The position numbers and the translations under genes are program-made. The notes under the pieces were generated by a model. The model did no database searches and had not been told where the DNA came from. It was given only the letters and a program-made list of their open reading frames with translations. From Candidatus Latescibacterota bacterium (GTDB taxonomy: Bacteria; Latescibacterota; UBA2968; UBA8231), in NCBI GenBank assembly GCA_965221775.1, contig CBDCSU010000005.1:448001-512000 (forward strand): a stretch of 64,000 nucleotides of DNA, given 5' to 3'. Positions 12,744-22,715 of this stretch are shown piece after piece (the first letter of the stretch is position 1; every line of letters starts with the position of its first letter).

Positions 12744-13547
12744 ATGGACCAACGCCTGCAGGACAAGGTGGCCATCGTCACCGGCGCCGGATCCGTGGGG
12801 CCCGGGTGGGGCAACGGCAAGGCCACGGCGGTGCTCTTCGCCCGCCACGGGGCCCGCGTCCTGGCCGCCGACATCAACCTGGCCGCCGCCGAGGAGACGC
12901 GGTCCATCATCGAGGGCGAGGGCGGCCGCTGCACGGCCCACGAGGCCGACGTCAGCCGCAACGGCGACGTGGAGGCCATGGTCGAGCGCTGCCTCGCCGA
13001 GTACGGCCGCGTCGACATCCTCCACAACAACGTGGGCATCCTCGAGGTCGGCGGCTGCGTCGAGGCGACCGAGGAGAGCTGGGACCGCGTCAACGAGGTC
13101 AACCTCAAGAGCGTCTTCCTCACCTGCAAGCACGTGCTGCCCCACATGGAGCGCCAGGGGGGCGGCGCCATCGTCAACATCTCCTCGGTGGCCGGCATCC
13201 GCTGGCTGGGCGTGCCCTACGTCTCCTACAGCGCCACCAAGGGCGCCGTGAACCAGCTCACCCGCAGCATCGCCATGCAGTACGCGAAGAAGAACATCCG
13301 CGCCAACGCCATCCTGCCCGGCTTCATGGAGACGCCCATGGTGGTCCACTCCCTCTCCCAGACCTACTCCGGGGGCGACGTGGAGAAGATGGTGGAGATC
13401 CGCAACCAGCTCTGCCCCACCGGCAAGATGGGCGACGCCTGGGACGTGGCCCACGCCGCCCTCTACCTCGCCTCCGACGAGGCCCGCTACGTCACCGGCG
13501 CCGAGCTGGTCGTCGACGGCGGCCTGACCTGCTCCATCGGGGCCTGA
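12744..13547 (+). CDS. SDR family NAD(P)-dependent oxidoreductase
   Basis: [20 protein letters not shown] catalytic motif, [11 protein letters not shown]; AGGAGG RBS. Confidence 0.95.
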   Translation: MDQRLQDKVAIVTGAGSVGPGWGNGKATAVLFARHGARVLAADINLAAAEETRSIIEGEGGRCTAHEADVSRNGDVEAMVERCLAEYGRVDILHNNVGILEVGGCVEATEESWDRVNEVNLKSVFLTCKHVLPHMERQGGGAIVNISSVAGIRWLGVPYVSYSATKGAVNQLTRSIAMQYAKKNIRANAILPGFMETPMVVHSLSQTYSGGDVEKMVEIRNQLCPTGKMGDAWDVAHAALYLASDEARYVTGAELVVDGGLTCSIGA

Positions 13548-13549
13548 GC

Positions 13550-15115
13550 GTGAACATCGGAGATCTGCTGACCAAGGCGGCGCGGACCTTGCCCGGCAAC
13601 CCGGCCGTGGTCTACGGGGAGCGGCGCCTCGACTACGCGGAGTTCGACGGGCGGGTCAACCGGCTGGCCGCGGCCCTGTACCGCCTCGGCCTGGAGCCCG
13701 GCGGCACGGCGGCGGTGCTCATGCACAACCGCCCGGAGATGCTGGAGTCGATCTTCGCCTGCTTCAAGGCCGGGTGCGCCGCCGTCCCCCTCAACTTCCG
13801 CCTGCACCCGCGGGAGCTGGCCTACATCATCGACCACTCCCAGGCCCGGGTGGTGCTGGCCAGCGATGCCTTCGCAGATACCTTGTCCGACATGCGGACC
13901 GAGTTGCCCCACCTGCGCCATCTCGTCGTCGCCGGCGATGTCCCCTCCGGCGCCCTCGACTACGAGGAGCTGCTCTCCGCCGAATCCGACCGCTTCGAGA
14001 CCGCCGCGGCGGAACCCGACGACACGGCCTGGCTGTTCTACACCTCGGGCACCACGGGCCTGCCCAAGGGGGCGATGCTCACTCACCGCAACCTGCTGGC
14101 CATGACCATGGGGTTCTACGCCGACATGTGCCCCGGCTTCGGCACCGCCGAGGTGGTCCTCCACGCCGCTCCCCTCTCCCACGGCAGCGGCCTCTACGCC
14201 CTGCCGAACGTGGGCAAGGCGGCGGCCCACGTGATCCCGCCGTCGCCCTCCTTCGACCCGGAGGAAGCCCTGCGGGACATCGAGCGCCACCGGGTGACCA
14301 ACCTCTTCGCGGCGCCGACCATGGTGAAGCGGATGGTCGACAGCCCCGCCATCGACCGCCGCGACCACGCGTCCCTCAAGGCCGTCGTCTACGGCGGCGC
14401 CCCCATGTTGGCCGAGGACCTGCGCAAGGCGATGGAGAAGCTGGGGCCGTGCCTGGTGCAGCTCTACGGCCAGGCCGAGTCGCCCATGACGATCTCCCAC
14501 CTGCCCCACGGCGACCACGTTCTCGACGGCAGCCCCGACCAGGCGCGGCGCCTGTCCTCGGCCGGCATCGCCCGCACCGACGTGGAGGTGCGCATCGTCG
14601 ACGCCGGGGACCGCCCCCTGCCGCCGGGCGAGACCGGCGAGATCGTCACCCGCTCGGACCTGGTCATGAAGGGCTACTGGCGCGACGAGGAGGCCACCGC
14701 CGCCGCCCTGCGCGGGGGCTGGCTGCACACCGGCGACCTGGGCTACCTTGACGAGGCGGGCTACCTCTTCCTCATGGACCGCTCCAAGGACTTGATCATC
14801 AGCGGCGGCGAGAACATCTATCCGCGCGAGATCGAGGAGGTGCTGGTGCAGCACCCCGCCGTGGGCGAGGTCGCCGTCATCGGCGTCCCCGACGAGGAGT
14901 GGGGCGAGGCGGTGAAGGCCGTCGTCGTCCTGGCCCCCGGCCGCGGCGCCACCGCCGGGGAGCTGATCGATTTCTGCCGGGGCCACCTGGCCAGCTACAA
15001 GAAGCCCCGGTCGGTCGACTTCGTCGACGAGATCCCCAAGAACAACTACGGCAAGATCGTCAAGAACGAGCTGCGCGAGCCCTACTGGCGGGGCCGGGAG
15101 CGGCGGGTCGTCTAA
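13550..15115 (+). CDS. Acyl-CoA synthetase (AMP-forming, long-chain fatty acid-CoA ligase family)
   Basis: [41 protein letters not shown]; GTG start at 13550. Confidence 0.95.
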   Translation: MNIGDLLTKAARTLPGNPAVVYGERRLDYAEFDGRVNRLAAALYRLGLEPGGTAAVLMHNRPEMLESIFACFKAGCAAVPLNFRLHPRELAYIIDHSQARVVLASDAFADTLSDMRTELPHLRHLVVAGDVPSGALDYEELLSAESDRFETAAAEPDDTAWLFYTSGTTGLPKGAMLTHRNLLAMTMGFYADMCPGFGTAEVVLHAAPLSHGSGLYALPNVGKAAAHVIPPSPSFDPEEALRDIERHRVTNLFAAPTMVKRMVDSPAIDRRDHASLKAVVYGGAPMLAEDLRKAMEKLGPCLVQLYGQAESPMTISHLPHGDHVLDGSPDQARRLSSAGIARTDVEVRIVDAGDRPLPPGETGEIVTRSDLVMKGYWRDEEATAAALRGGWLHTGDLGYLDEAGYLFLMDRSKDLIISGGENIYPREIEEVLVQHPAVGEVAVIGVPDEEWGEAVKAVVVLAPGRGATAGELIDFCRGHLASYKKPRSVDFVDEIPKNNYGKIVKNELREPYWRGRERRVV

Positions 15116-15134
15116 CCAGACGGGAGCAGCGAGA

Positions 15135-16400
15135 ATGTCGAAGAAACGCAGACTCGGCCGCGGCGTGGCCATGGTGGGAGCCGGCATGTCCCGCTTCGGC
15201 ATCTTCCCCGAACGCGACTCCAAGGACCTCTTCACCGAGGCCTTCCAGTCGATGCTCGCCTCCGTCGACAAGGGCGTCGACCCGGGCGACATCGACGCCC
15301 TCTACCTCGGCAACTTCACCAACGACTTCTTCGCCGGCCAGTCCCACTGGGGTCCCATCCTCACCGACGCCCTCGGCATGATCCCCAAGCCGGCGACGCG
15401 CACCGAGGGCGCCTGCGCCTCCAGCGCCATCGCCTTCCGCGAGGGCGTCTTCGCCATCGCCTCCGGGTTCTACGACATGGTCCTGGTGGGCGGCGTGGAG
15501 GAGATGTCCAAGCGCTCCACCGCCGACGTGGCCGAGGGCCTGGCCCTGGCCGCCATCCCTTACGAGCGCCAGTCGGGCTTCACCTTCCCCGGCGTCTTCG
15601 GCGCCATCGCCACCGCCTACTTCGACCGCTACGGCGCCGGCCGCCGGCACCTGATGGACGTGACCATCAAGAGCCACGACAACGCGCCCTTGAACCCCAG
15701 GGCCCAGTACCGGTCCTCCGTCCGGACGATCATGGAGGGCAAGGCCGAGCGCGCCCGCAGCCGGGGCGAGGACGTGCCGGAATGGGAGGACGAGAAGGAC
15801 TTCCTCTCCGACCCGAAGGCCAACCCCGTGGTGGCCTGGCCCATGCACCTCTTCGACTGCTGCCCCATCAGCGACGGCGCCTGCTGCATCCTGCTGGTGG
15901 GCGAGGAGCTGGCCCGGCAGTTCACCGACGCGCCCCTGCACGTGGCCGGACTGGGGCAGGCCAGCGGCCGCGGACTCCACGCCGCCGAGACCCTGACCAG
16001 CTTCGAGGCCACGCAGCACGCCGCCGCCGAAGCCTACGGCATGGCCGACATGGGGCCGGAGGACATCCAGGTGGCCGAGGTCCACGACTGCTTCTCCGTG
16101 GCCGAGATCCTCCACCTCGAGGACCTGGGCTTCTACGGTCCCGGGGAGGGCTACAAGGCCGTCGCCGACGGAGCCACCCGCCTCGACGGCCCCAAGCCGG
16201 TCAACACCTCCGGCGGCCTCAAGTGCAAGGGCCACCCCGTGGGCGCCACCGGCGTGGCCCAGCTCGTGGAGCTGTGGGAGCAGCTGCGCCACCAGGCCGG
16301 CGACCGCCAGGTGCCGAATGCGGACCTGCGCGTCGGGGCGGCCCAGAACCTCGGCGGCACCGGCGGCACCTGCACGGTGACCATCCTCGAGAGGAGATGA
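15135..16400 (+). CDS. SCP2-type thiolase family protein
   Basis: EGACASS catalytic Cys, EVHDCF, SGGLKCKGHPVGATG, QNLGG. Confidence 0.93.
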   Translation: MSKKRRLGRGVAMVGAGMSRFGIFPERDSKDLFTEAFQSMLASVDKGVDPGDIDALYLGNFTNDFFAGQSHWGPILTDALGMIPKPATRTEGACASSAIAFREGVFAIASGFYDMVLVGGVEEMSKRSTADVAEGLALAAIPYERQSGFTFPGVFGAIATAYFDRYGAGRRHLMDVTIKSHDNAPLNPRAQYRSSVRTIMEGKAERARSRGEDVPEWEDEKDFLSDPKANPVVAWPMHLFDCCPISDGACCILLVGEELARQFTDAPLHVAGLGQASGRGLHAAETLTSFEATQHAAAEAYGMADMGPEDIQVAEVHDCFSVAEILHLEDLGFYGPGEGYKAVADGATRLDGPKPVNTSGGLKCKGHPVGATGVAQLVELWEQLRHQAGDRQVPNADLRVGAAQNLGGTGGTCTVTILERR

Positions 16401-16828
16401 GCCCCGTGGCCTCCCCTCCTCCCCCCATTTCGGACGACTCCTTCGGCCGCTTCCTCCTCGAGGAGAAGCTGATGGGCAGCCGCTGCGCCGGCTGCGGCGC
16501 CCTGCACGTGCCGCCGCGGGCGATCTGCCCGGAGTGCCGCGGCACACGGATGGCCTGGGAGCAGGTGAAGGGCACGGGCACCCTCGCCGCCTTCACCTGC
16601 ATCGCCATGGCCACCCCCGCTCTGCAGGCCGAGGGCTACGGCCGCGACAACCCCTTCTGCACCGGCGTCGTCGCCCTGGACGAGGGCCCGCGGGTGGTGG
16701 CCCGGATCGAGGGGCTGGACACGACGCGGCCGGAGGAGATCCGCCTCGGCACGCCGCTGCGGGTGCGGTTCCTGCGCCGGGGCGAGGGGGAAGAGGAGCG
16801 GGGGGTGCTGGCTTTTTGTGTAGGGTAG
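16397..16828 (+). CDS. DUF35 Zn-ribbon/OB-fold thiolase partner protein
   Basis: RCAGCG..HVPPRAICPEC, VALDEGPRV; ATGA overlap with the thiolase stop. Confidence 0.92.
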   Translation: MSPVASPPPPISDDSFGRFLLEEKLMGSRCAGCGALHVPPRAICPECRGTRMAWEQVKGTGTLAAFTCIAMATPALQAEGYGRDNPFCTGVVALDEGPRVVARIEGLDTTRPEEIRLGTPLRVRFLRRGEGEEERGVLAFCVG

Positions 16829-16892
16829 GAGGACCCGCAAGTTGGGTCTTGTTCCTGCGGGGGCATATCTTGCCGGTCGCCGCCAGACAGAA

Positions 16893-17366
16893 ATGAAACC
16901 GTCGGTCTACATCGAGTCATCCATGGTCGGTTACTTGGCCTCCCGCCCCAGCCGGGACGTAGTCGTGGCGGCTCGACAGGCGATTACTCACGATTGGTGG
17001 ACCAACCACAGACATCGATTCGAGCTTCGGGTTTCGGCGCTCGTCGAGGCGGAGATCTCCCGTGGTGACGAGGAGGCAGCCAGACGGCGTCTGGATTGGA
17101 TCACCGGTATTCCAAGCTTGGCCATCTCCCAGCAGGCAGCCGACCTGGCAAGGCATCTGTTGTCTGAGAAGGCCATTCCGGCCGGCCATGAGGACGACGC
17201 GTTGCACATCGCAATCGCCACTGCTCAGGGTGCTGACTTCATCCTGACATGGAACTTCCGTCACATGAACAATGCGGAGATGAAGTCGATAATAGCGAGA
17301 GTTGTAGAGTCTCACGGATTCACATGTCCGCAGATCTGCTCACCTGAAGAGCTTGGAGGACTCTGA
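16893..17366 (+). CDS. PIN-domain (VapC-like) toxin
   Basis: MKPSVYIESSMVGYL, EDDALHIAIA, ILTWNFRHM.NA, ICSPEEL. Confidence 0.9.
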   Translation: MKPSVYIESSMVGYLASRPSRDVVVAARQAITHDWWTNHRHRFELRVSALVEAEISRGDEEAARRRLDWITGIPSLAISQQAADLARHLLSEKAIPAGHEDDALHIAIATAQGADFILTWNFRHMNNAEMKSIIARVVESHGFTCPQICSPEELGGL

Positions 17367-17367
17367 G

Positions 17368-17538
17368 ATGATTGACGATCCAGTGGTCGAGGAGATTCGG
17401 GAACACCGCAAGGCCCACGCTGCCGAGCACGGCAATGACCTTGAACGTATTGTGCAGGACCTCCGCAAGCGCGAACGGGAGTCCGACCGGCCCTTGCTGA
17501 ATCCGGGGCCAAGGCAATTGGACCCGACCAGGAGATGA
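17368..17538 (+). CDS. Small putative antitoxin downstream of PIN toxin
   Basis: MIDDPVVEEIREHRKAHAAEHGNDLERIVQDLR; GGAGG RBS; starts 1 nt after the PIN stop. Confidence 0.75.
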   Translation: MIDDPVVEEIREHRKAHAAEHGNDLERIVQDLRKRERESDRPLLNPGPRQLDPTRR

Positions 17539-18626
17539 GTCGAATCAGCCAGATCCTGCCTCCAGAAGTGGTTGCCGCGATCACCCAAGATGACTTCGAT
17601 CCGAAGCTGTCCGCGTTCATTCAAGGTTGGGCGAGAACGTCCGGTCCTTTCTCCCGGTATCTGCACGCAAACCGCCTGAAGGTTTCGAAGAAGCTGCGCA
17701 AGGCGAAGACGAACGAGGACCAGCGGGACGTCGGCTTGGAACTGTACGCCGCTTGCTCGTTCTTGTCCGCTGGTGCCTCCGTCATCTATGAACCGAGAGC
17801 GAAGGGTCCCGATCTTCTTGTCTCGATTGACGGCTTGGAGATGTATGTCGAGACAAGACGCGTGCGGGAGAGGGAGGCCACGTTAGGATGGGTGGAGGTT
17901 TCCAGGCGACTGCGACGGGAGATAGAGCCACACCTGCGGAACCAGTATGTCTTCTTGGGAATCATCGCCTCTGATCACAATCTCAGATGGCGAGGAATAT
18001 CGCGGCCATCCTTGGAAGTAATCTTGGAGAGGTACAAAGAAACAAGGGCGTTCATTCTTGCGCAGGTCTCGACCCACCAAGGCGACGAAGTACGGATCCC
18101 GGTCGATCCCCTGCCAGAGGGATTCGCCAAGCTGATAGTTCGGAGGCATCACGAGTCTGTGTTTTCTGTGATGTACCCTGAAGCGGAAGGCAATGGACCC
18201 TCCAAACTGCTGCGCATCGCCTGCGAGAAGTCACGGCAGGTCGTTCAGGGGCACGTCAACTTTGTCGTGGTGTGGATCGATGCGGGTGGCGAGATGTGCG
18301 ACGACTTTGAGAACTCCTTAGGGCAAATTGAGCATGGATTGCGCGAGGAGCCTGATCGCTTCGCAGAGCGCATGGGATATGGATCACCAAGTCATGCCGA
18401 AGAATGTTGGCAGGCCTGCAGTGCACTCCTTGTCCGCGATGCCTGGGGAGATGACCCGCTGCCCCGAACGTCAGCTCCTGAGTGCAGCGGGTTTCTTCGT
18501 CACGATTTGGGACAAAGGCAGCTGTACGAGAACCGGCGGGCCAATCCGCCCTTGCCGGATCGCCTGCTGGAGCTTGTCCGGCAGAGTGCCCGGGTACCAT
18601 TTCGATCTTTGACGCCTGCGGCATAG
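17535..18626 (+). CDS. Hypothetical protein, putative PD-(D/E)xK nuclease fold
   Basis: ELYAA...YEP..KGPDLLV.....YVETRR; ATGA overlap; visibly lower GC and atypical codon use. Confidence 0.55.
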   Translation: MSRISQILPPEVVAAITQDDFDPKLSAFIQGWARTSGPFSRYLHANRLKVSKKLRKAKTNEDQRDVGLELYAACSFLSAGASVIYEPRAKGPDLLVSIDGLEMYVETRRVREREATLGWVEVSRRLRREIEPHLRNQYVFLGIIASDHNLRWRGISRPSLEVILERYKETRAFILAQVSTHQGDEVRIPVDPLPEGFAKLIVRRHHESVFSVMYPEAEGNGPSKLLRIACEKSRQVVQGHVNFVVVWIDAGGEMCDDFENSLGQIEHGLREEPDRFAERMGYGSPSHAEECWQACSALLVRDAWGDDPLPRTSAPECSGFLRHDLGQRQLYENRRANPPLPDRLLELVRQSARVPFRSLTPAA

Positions 18627-18639
18627 GTCCGAGTAGCCT

Positions 18640-20187
18640 ATGACCTCCGCCACCGCTGGCAGGGCCCCCTCGCCCCACGACACCGGGATCTACCCGGCGC
18701 GGACCCACCTGTTCCTGGACGACCACTACGTCGCCCGCCTCGACGGCCTGCGGCGCCTCCCCGGACCGGTCACGCACGCCGCCAGCGGACCGGTGCTGGA
18801 GCCGGAGGCGCCCTGGGAGGGGCTCGGGCTCATCGGCCGCAACGGCATCCTGTGGGACGCGGACGAATCCCGCTTCAAGTGCTGGTACCCGGCCTACGAC
18901 CCGGCCCTGCCCGCTGAACCGGTAGGGGCCCGGCGGCGGTGGGCGTACGCCGAGAGCGCCGACGGCGTCCGCTGGGAGCGGCCCGATCTGGGGCTGACCT
19001 CCTTCGCCGGCTCCACCGCCAACAACCTGCTGCGCCTGGAGGGGCTGGAGGAGTCGGCGGCGGTCCTGTGGAGCGTCGCCAAAGACCCGGACGACCCCGA
19101 CCCGGGGCGGCGCTACAAGGCGATCGGCATGGACCGCCACCCGCGGCGGCCCGGCGAGCCGGCCTGGACCGGGCCCGACGGCGAGGACGAGTGGTACCGC
19201 AGCCAGGGACGCCACATGGGCTGCGGCGTCTTCATCGCCTTCTCGGCCGACGGGCTCACCTGGCGCCAGCGCGAGGGCTGGGCCGGGTCCGGGGCCCTGA
19301 TCATGGACAACTCCATCCTCCACGGGTACGACCCCCAGACCCGGCGCTGGGTGCTGTGGCAGCGGCCGCGGATCCTGCCCAAGCACCGGGTCATCGGCGT
19401 CAGCTTCTCCCCCGACTTCGAGGACTGGACCTTCCCCGAGTGCGTCCTCGTGCCGGACGAGGACGATGCGCCGGACACGCAGTTCGACCAGCTCTCCACG
19501 GTGGCCGCCTCCGACGGCGGCTTCGTGGGGCTCCTGTCCGCCTCCTCGGAGGTGCGCGCCGACCGCGGCGTGACCGACATCGTGCCGCAGCTCGTCTACT
19601 CCCGCGACGCCCGGCGCTGGACCCGCGTCGACCGCGGGCCCTTCCTGGCTCCGAAGGGGCCGCCGCCGACCTGGGACGACGGCTGCATCATCCCCTTCAA
19701 CCCGCAGGTCGTCGGCGACGAGGTCTTCATCTTCTACTACGGCAAGAACGCCGGCCACATCTGGGGCGAGCCCACCGCCGATGGCCGTGTGACCCGCTCC
19801 GCCTTCGGGGTGGTGAAGCTGCGCCGCGACCGCTGGGCCGCCCTGACCCCCGCGGCCGGCGGCTCCGCGGGCGGCGGCGAAGGCACCCTGACCACCACCC
19901 TGATCAGCTTCTCCCGCCCGGAGCTGCGCCTGAACGCCGACGCCTCGGGCGGGACCATCGCCGTGGAGCTGGTGGACTGCCAGAGTGGCCTGGCGGTGCC
20001 CGGCTTCGGCCTGGACGACTGCGACCCGGTGCAGGGCGACTCCCTGGACCATCGGGTGAGTTGGCGCGGGAGCAGCGACCTGTCGGCCGTCGTCGGCACC
20101 GGGAGCCGCCAGCCGCGGGTGGGCCGGGCCCTCGTGATCCGTGCGCGCCTCAGGGACGGCGCCCGGCTCTACGGGATTTCCTGCTGA
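18640..20187 (+). CDS. Glycoside hydrolase-like beta-propeller protein (GH32/GH130-like)
   Basis: HLFLDD, PVLEPEAPWE, Asp boxes AESADGVRW / FSADGLTW / YSRDARRW, LRRDRWA, C-terminal beta-sandwich. Confidence 0.7.
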   Translation: MTSATAGRAPSPHDTGIYPARTHLFLDDHYVARLDGLRRLPGPVTHAASGPVLEPEAPWEGLGLIGRNGILWDADESRFKCWYPAYDPALPAEPVGARRRWAYAESADGVRWERPDLGLTSFAGSTANNLLRLEGLEESAAVLWSVAKDPDDPDPGRRYKAIGMDRHPRRPGEPAWTGPDGEDEWYRSQGRHMGCGVFIAFSADGLTWRQREGWAGSGALIMDNSILHGYDPQTRRWVLWQRPRILPKHRVIGVSFSPDFEDWTFPECVLVPDEDDAPDTQFDQLSTVAASDGGFVGLLSASSEVRADRGVTDIVPQLVYSRDARRWTRVDRGPFLAPKGPPPTWDDGCIIPFNPQVVGDEVFIFYYGKNAGHIWGEPTADGRVTRSAFGVVKLRRDRWAALTPAAGGSAGGGEGTLTTTLISFSRPELRLNADASGGTIAVELVDCQSGLAVPGFGLDDCDPVQGDSLDHRVSWRGSSDLSAVVGTGSRQPRVGRALVIRARLRDGARLYGISC

Positions 20188-20215
20188 TAGGGGCGGCGTC
20201 CGGCCGTCCGGCGCC

Positions 20216-21292
20216 TCAGGTCAGCCGCCACTCGACGCCGTGCTCGGCGGTGGCCTGGCGGAACCAGTCGATGACCTCGGGGTGGTAGGGGATGCCCCGC
20301 TCGGCCCGCTCCACCGCGGTCTGCGCCTCGGGCCAGCCCGAGTAGAGGACGCGGTCGGCCCCGGGCGCGGGCGGGCACTCGAGCAGGTCGGTGAGGTACT
20401 GGTCGAGGTCGGCCTTGAAGTCGGCGGGATCGCAGAAGCCGGCGATGTCCCAGGCGACGAAGTGGTGGACCGAGTCGCTCCGGCGGCGGGGGCCGGCGCC
20501 GGTGGCGGTGAGCACGGTGGTGAGCACCTCCGACATGACCGACAGGGCATAGCCCTTCTGCGAGCCGCCCTCCCGGGTCGAGCCGAGGGGCAGCATCATG
20601 TAGGACTCGGGGATCTCCGCCTCTTCCAGGATCGGGGTGCCGTGCTCGTCGGCGATCCAGCCGGGCAGGATCGTCTGCCCCAGGCGCCGGGCCAGGAAGA
20701 TCTTGTTGGCCGCCACCACGCTCGGCGAGCCGTCGTAGACGAAGGGCGGGTGCTTGGCCGCCGGGGCGGCGAAGGCCATCGCGTTGAGGCCGAGGAGGGC
20801 CTTCGATCCGAAGGTGGGCACCATGCCGAGGCCGCCGGTGGTGGTGGCCAGGCCCAGCATGTCCCGCTCCAGGGGCATCTCGGCGTAGTAGGAGCACGGG
20901 CCCAGGTGCCCGCAGTTGACCGCCGACACGGCGCCGACCCCGAACCGCGAGGCCCGCTCCACGGCCTCCTGCATGGCCACGGGGGACACCACCATGCCGT
21001 GGCCGCGGTCCCCGTCGATGAGGCAGGTCGCCTTGTTGTCGCGGACGATCTTCCAGTCCGGCGTCGGGTTGATGTCGCCCGAGGTCAGCCCGCCCAGGTA
21101 GAATCGCAGCAGGTTGGAGACGCCGTGGGTGTCGACGCCCCTCAGGTCGGCGTAGATCAGCACGTCGGCGGTCTTCGCGGCGTCCTCCGCCGGCATGCCG
21201 AGGGCCTCCAGCAGGCGCTCGGTGGTCCACCTCATCTCCTCGGGCCGGACCCGGACCTCCAGGTCCTCGGACACCCGGTACTTCTCCAGCAT
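20216..21292 (-). CDS. Ldh_2 family (malate/L-lactate/ureidoglycolate-type) oxidoreductase
   Basis: ADLRGVDTHG, IDGDRGHG, NCGHLG, GGSQKGYALS. Confidence 0.92.
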   Translation of the reverse strand: MLEKYRVSEDLEVRVRPEEMRWTTERLLEALGMPAEDAAKTADVLIYADLRGVDTHGVSNLLRFYLGGLTSGDINPTPDWKIVRDNKATCLIDGDRGHGMVVSPVAMQEAVERASRFGVGAVSAVNCGHLGPCSYYAEMPLERDMLGLATTTGGLGMVPTFGSKALLGLNAMAFAAPAAKHPPFVYDGSPSVVAANKIFLARRLGQTILPGWIADEHGTPILEEAEIPESYMMLPLGSTREGGSQKGYALSVMSEVLTTVLTATGAGPRRRSDSVHHFVAWDIAGFCDPADFKADLDQYLTDLLECPPAPGADRVLYSGWPEAQTAVERAERGIPYHPEVIDWFRQATAEHGVEWRLT

Positions 21293-21328
21293 GTGCGGTC
21301 TCCTTTGTGGTCCGGCGCCCGACGCGGC

Positions 21329-21432
21329 GGACCCGGCGCGTCCGGGGCGGGACCTCCCATCGGCCGGCGGCGCGCCGGAGCCGGACCCGCCGCGGCCGGG
21401 CGGACTCCCTTCGCCGGCGGCGGCGCCGGGCC
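21329..21432. repeat. Degenerate intergenic tandem duplication (two units of about 50-54 bp)
   Basis: GGACCCGGCGCGTCCGGGGCGGGACCTCCCATCGGCCGGCGGCG at 21329 vs GGACCCGCCGCGGCCGGGCGGACTCCCTTCGCCGGCGGCG at 21383. Confidence 0.6.
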
Positions 21433-21452
21433 GGCGGCGGAATCCAGCCCGA

Positions 21453-22700
21453 CTAGGCCGGTTCCGGCTGCAGGTCCAGGGCCAGGGACCGGAAGTCCCG
21501 CACCCTGTGGATGGTGATCCGGTCGTTGTCGTGCTGGTTGCGGGCGCTCTCGGCGGTGCGCGACGAGACGAGCAGGTCGTCGCCGTCGATCAGGGCGGCG
21601 TTGTACTGGAACCCCTGCCCCGGGCCGGGCCAGCGGGCGATGCAGCCGGCGGGGAACCAGTTCAGCGCGTCGAGGCTGTAGAACAGCATGAGGAAGCGGC
21701 GCTCGTTGCCGGCGCCTCCGGCGAGGCCGCGCTCGGCCATGGCCCGCCCCCACTCGACGTCCTGGGCCCGCGTCGGCAGGTTCACCGGCGTCCAGTAGTA
21801 GCCGTCGGTCCCGTCGCGGATGACGTGGAAGTAGACGTTGCCCGGGAAGGGGTGGAACTGGGTGAAGCGCAGGTCCAGCTCTCCGCCCTGGTCCTCCAGG
21901 TCGCAGATGGCGCACAGGTGGGGCGTGGACTGCCCGTCGATCCGCAGCCGGACGTAGACCCGGACCCTCCCGTCCACGAGGACCACGTTCGGCTCGAGCC
22001 AGTGGTCGCCCATGTCCGGGGCCTGGTCGCGGAAGCTCGGGGCGCCGCTGGCCCCGGGGTACTGGACGGCGGCATCGACCTGCTTGGCCAGCCCCAGGCT
22101 CAGGCCGGGCGGCGTGCCCGGGTAGGTGAGGGGGGCGGAGATGCGCCATGCCGAGGGGTCCATCAGGTCCTCGGCGCCGAGGTCGCCGGCGACGGCGGCG
22201 ATCCGCGAGCCGATGCGGTTGAAGTCACCCGCCTCGTTGGCGGCTCCGAAGCACCAGTAGAGGGTGTCGCCGCGCACGGCGTGGGGGGTGAAGGTGTTCC
22301 AGTAGCGGCCCCTGAAGAGGACCACGGGATCGCTCCAGGTGGCGCCCTCGTCGTCGCTGGCCGTCAGCAGGATGTCCCGGCGGCCGCGGCCGTTGCACAG
22401 CAGGTAGAGCCGGCCCCGGTGCACGAAGACGAGGCCGTCGCCAACCCTCGCCCGGCCCTGGCGGCTCCAGGTCCGCCCGTCGTCGTCGCTGATCCAGAAG
22501 CGGGTCAGCAGCTCCTGGTCGGGGTTCCCCGGCAGGCGGTTGAGGCGCGTGAGCAGGGCGAAGCTGCACAGCAGCCGGCCGCCGGGCAGGCGCACCAGGG
22601 AGGGGGCGGAGCTGTAGACCTCCGGGTCGGGGAGGCGGCAGACCTCGGTGTAGTCCTGGGCCAGGGGCCGGGCCCAGCCGTGCGAGGGGATCCGGGTCAT
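21453..22700 (-). CDS. Sialidase-like BNR/Asp-box beta-propeller protein
   Basis: SDDDGRTWS, SDDEGATWS, SLDALNWF, WLEPNVV, HDNDRITIHRV. Confidence 0.75.
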   Translation of the reverse strand: MTRIPSHGWARPLAQDYTEVCRLPDPEVYSSAPSLVRLPGGRLLCSFALLTRLNRLPGNPDQELLTRFWISDDDGRTWSRQGRARVGDGLVFVHRGRLYLLCNGRGRRDILLTASDDEGATWSDPVVLFRGRYWNTFTPHAVRGDTLYWCFGAANEAGDFNRIGSRIAAVAGDLGAEDLMDPSAWRISAPLTYPGTPPGLSLGLAKQVDAAVQYPGASGAPSFRDQAPDMGDHWLEPNVVLVDGRVRVYVRLRIDGQSTPHLCAICDLEDQGGELDLRFTQFHPFPGNVYFHVIRDGTDGYYWTPVNLPTRAQDVEWGRAMAERGLAGGAGNERRFLMLFYSLDALNWFPAGCIARWPGPGQGFQYNAALIDGDDLLVSSRTAESARNQHDNDRITIHRVRDFRSLALDLQPEPA

Positions 22701-22715
22701 CGGGTCAGCCTGTCC

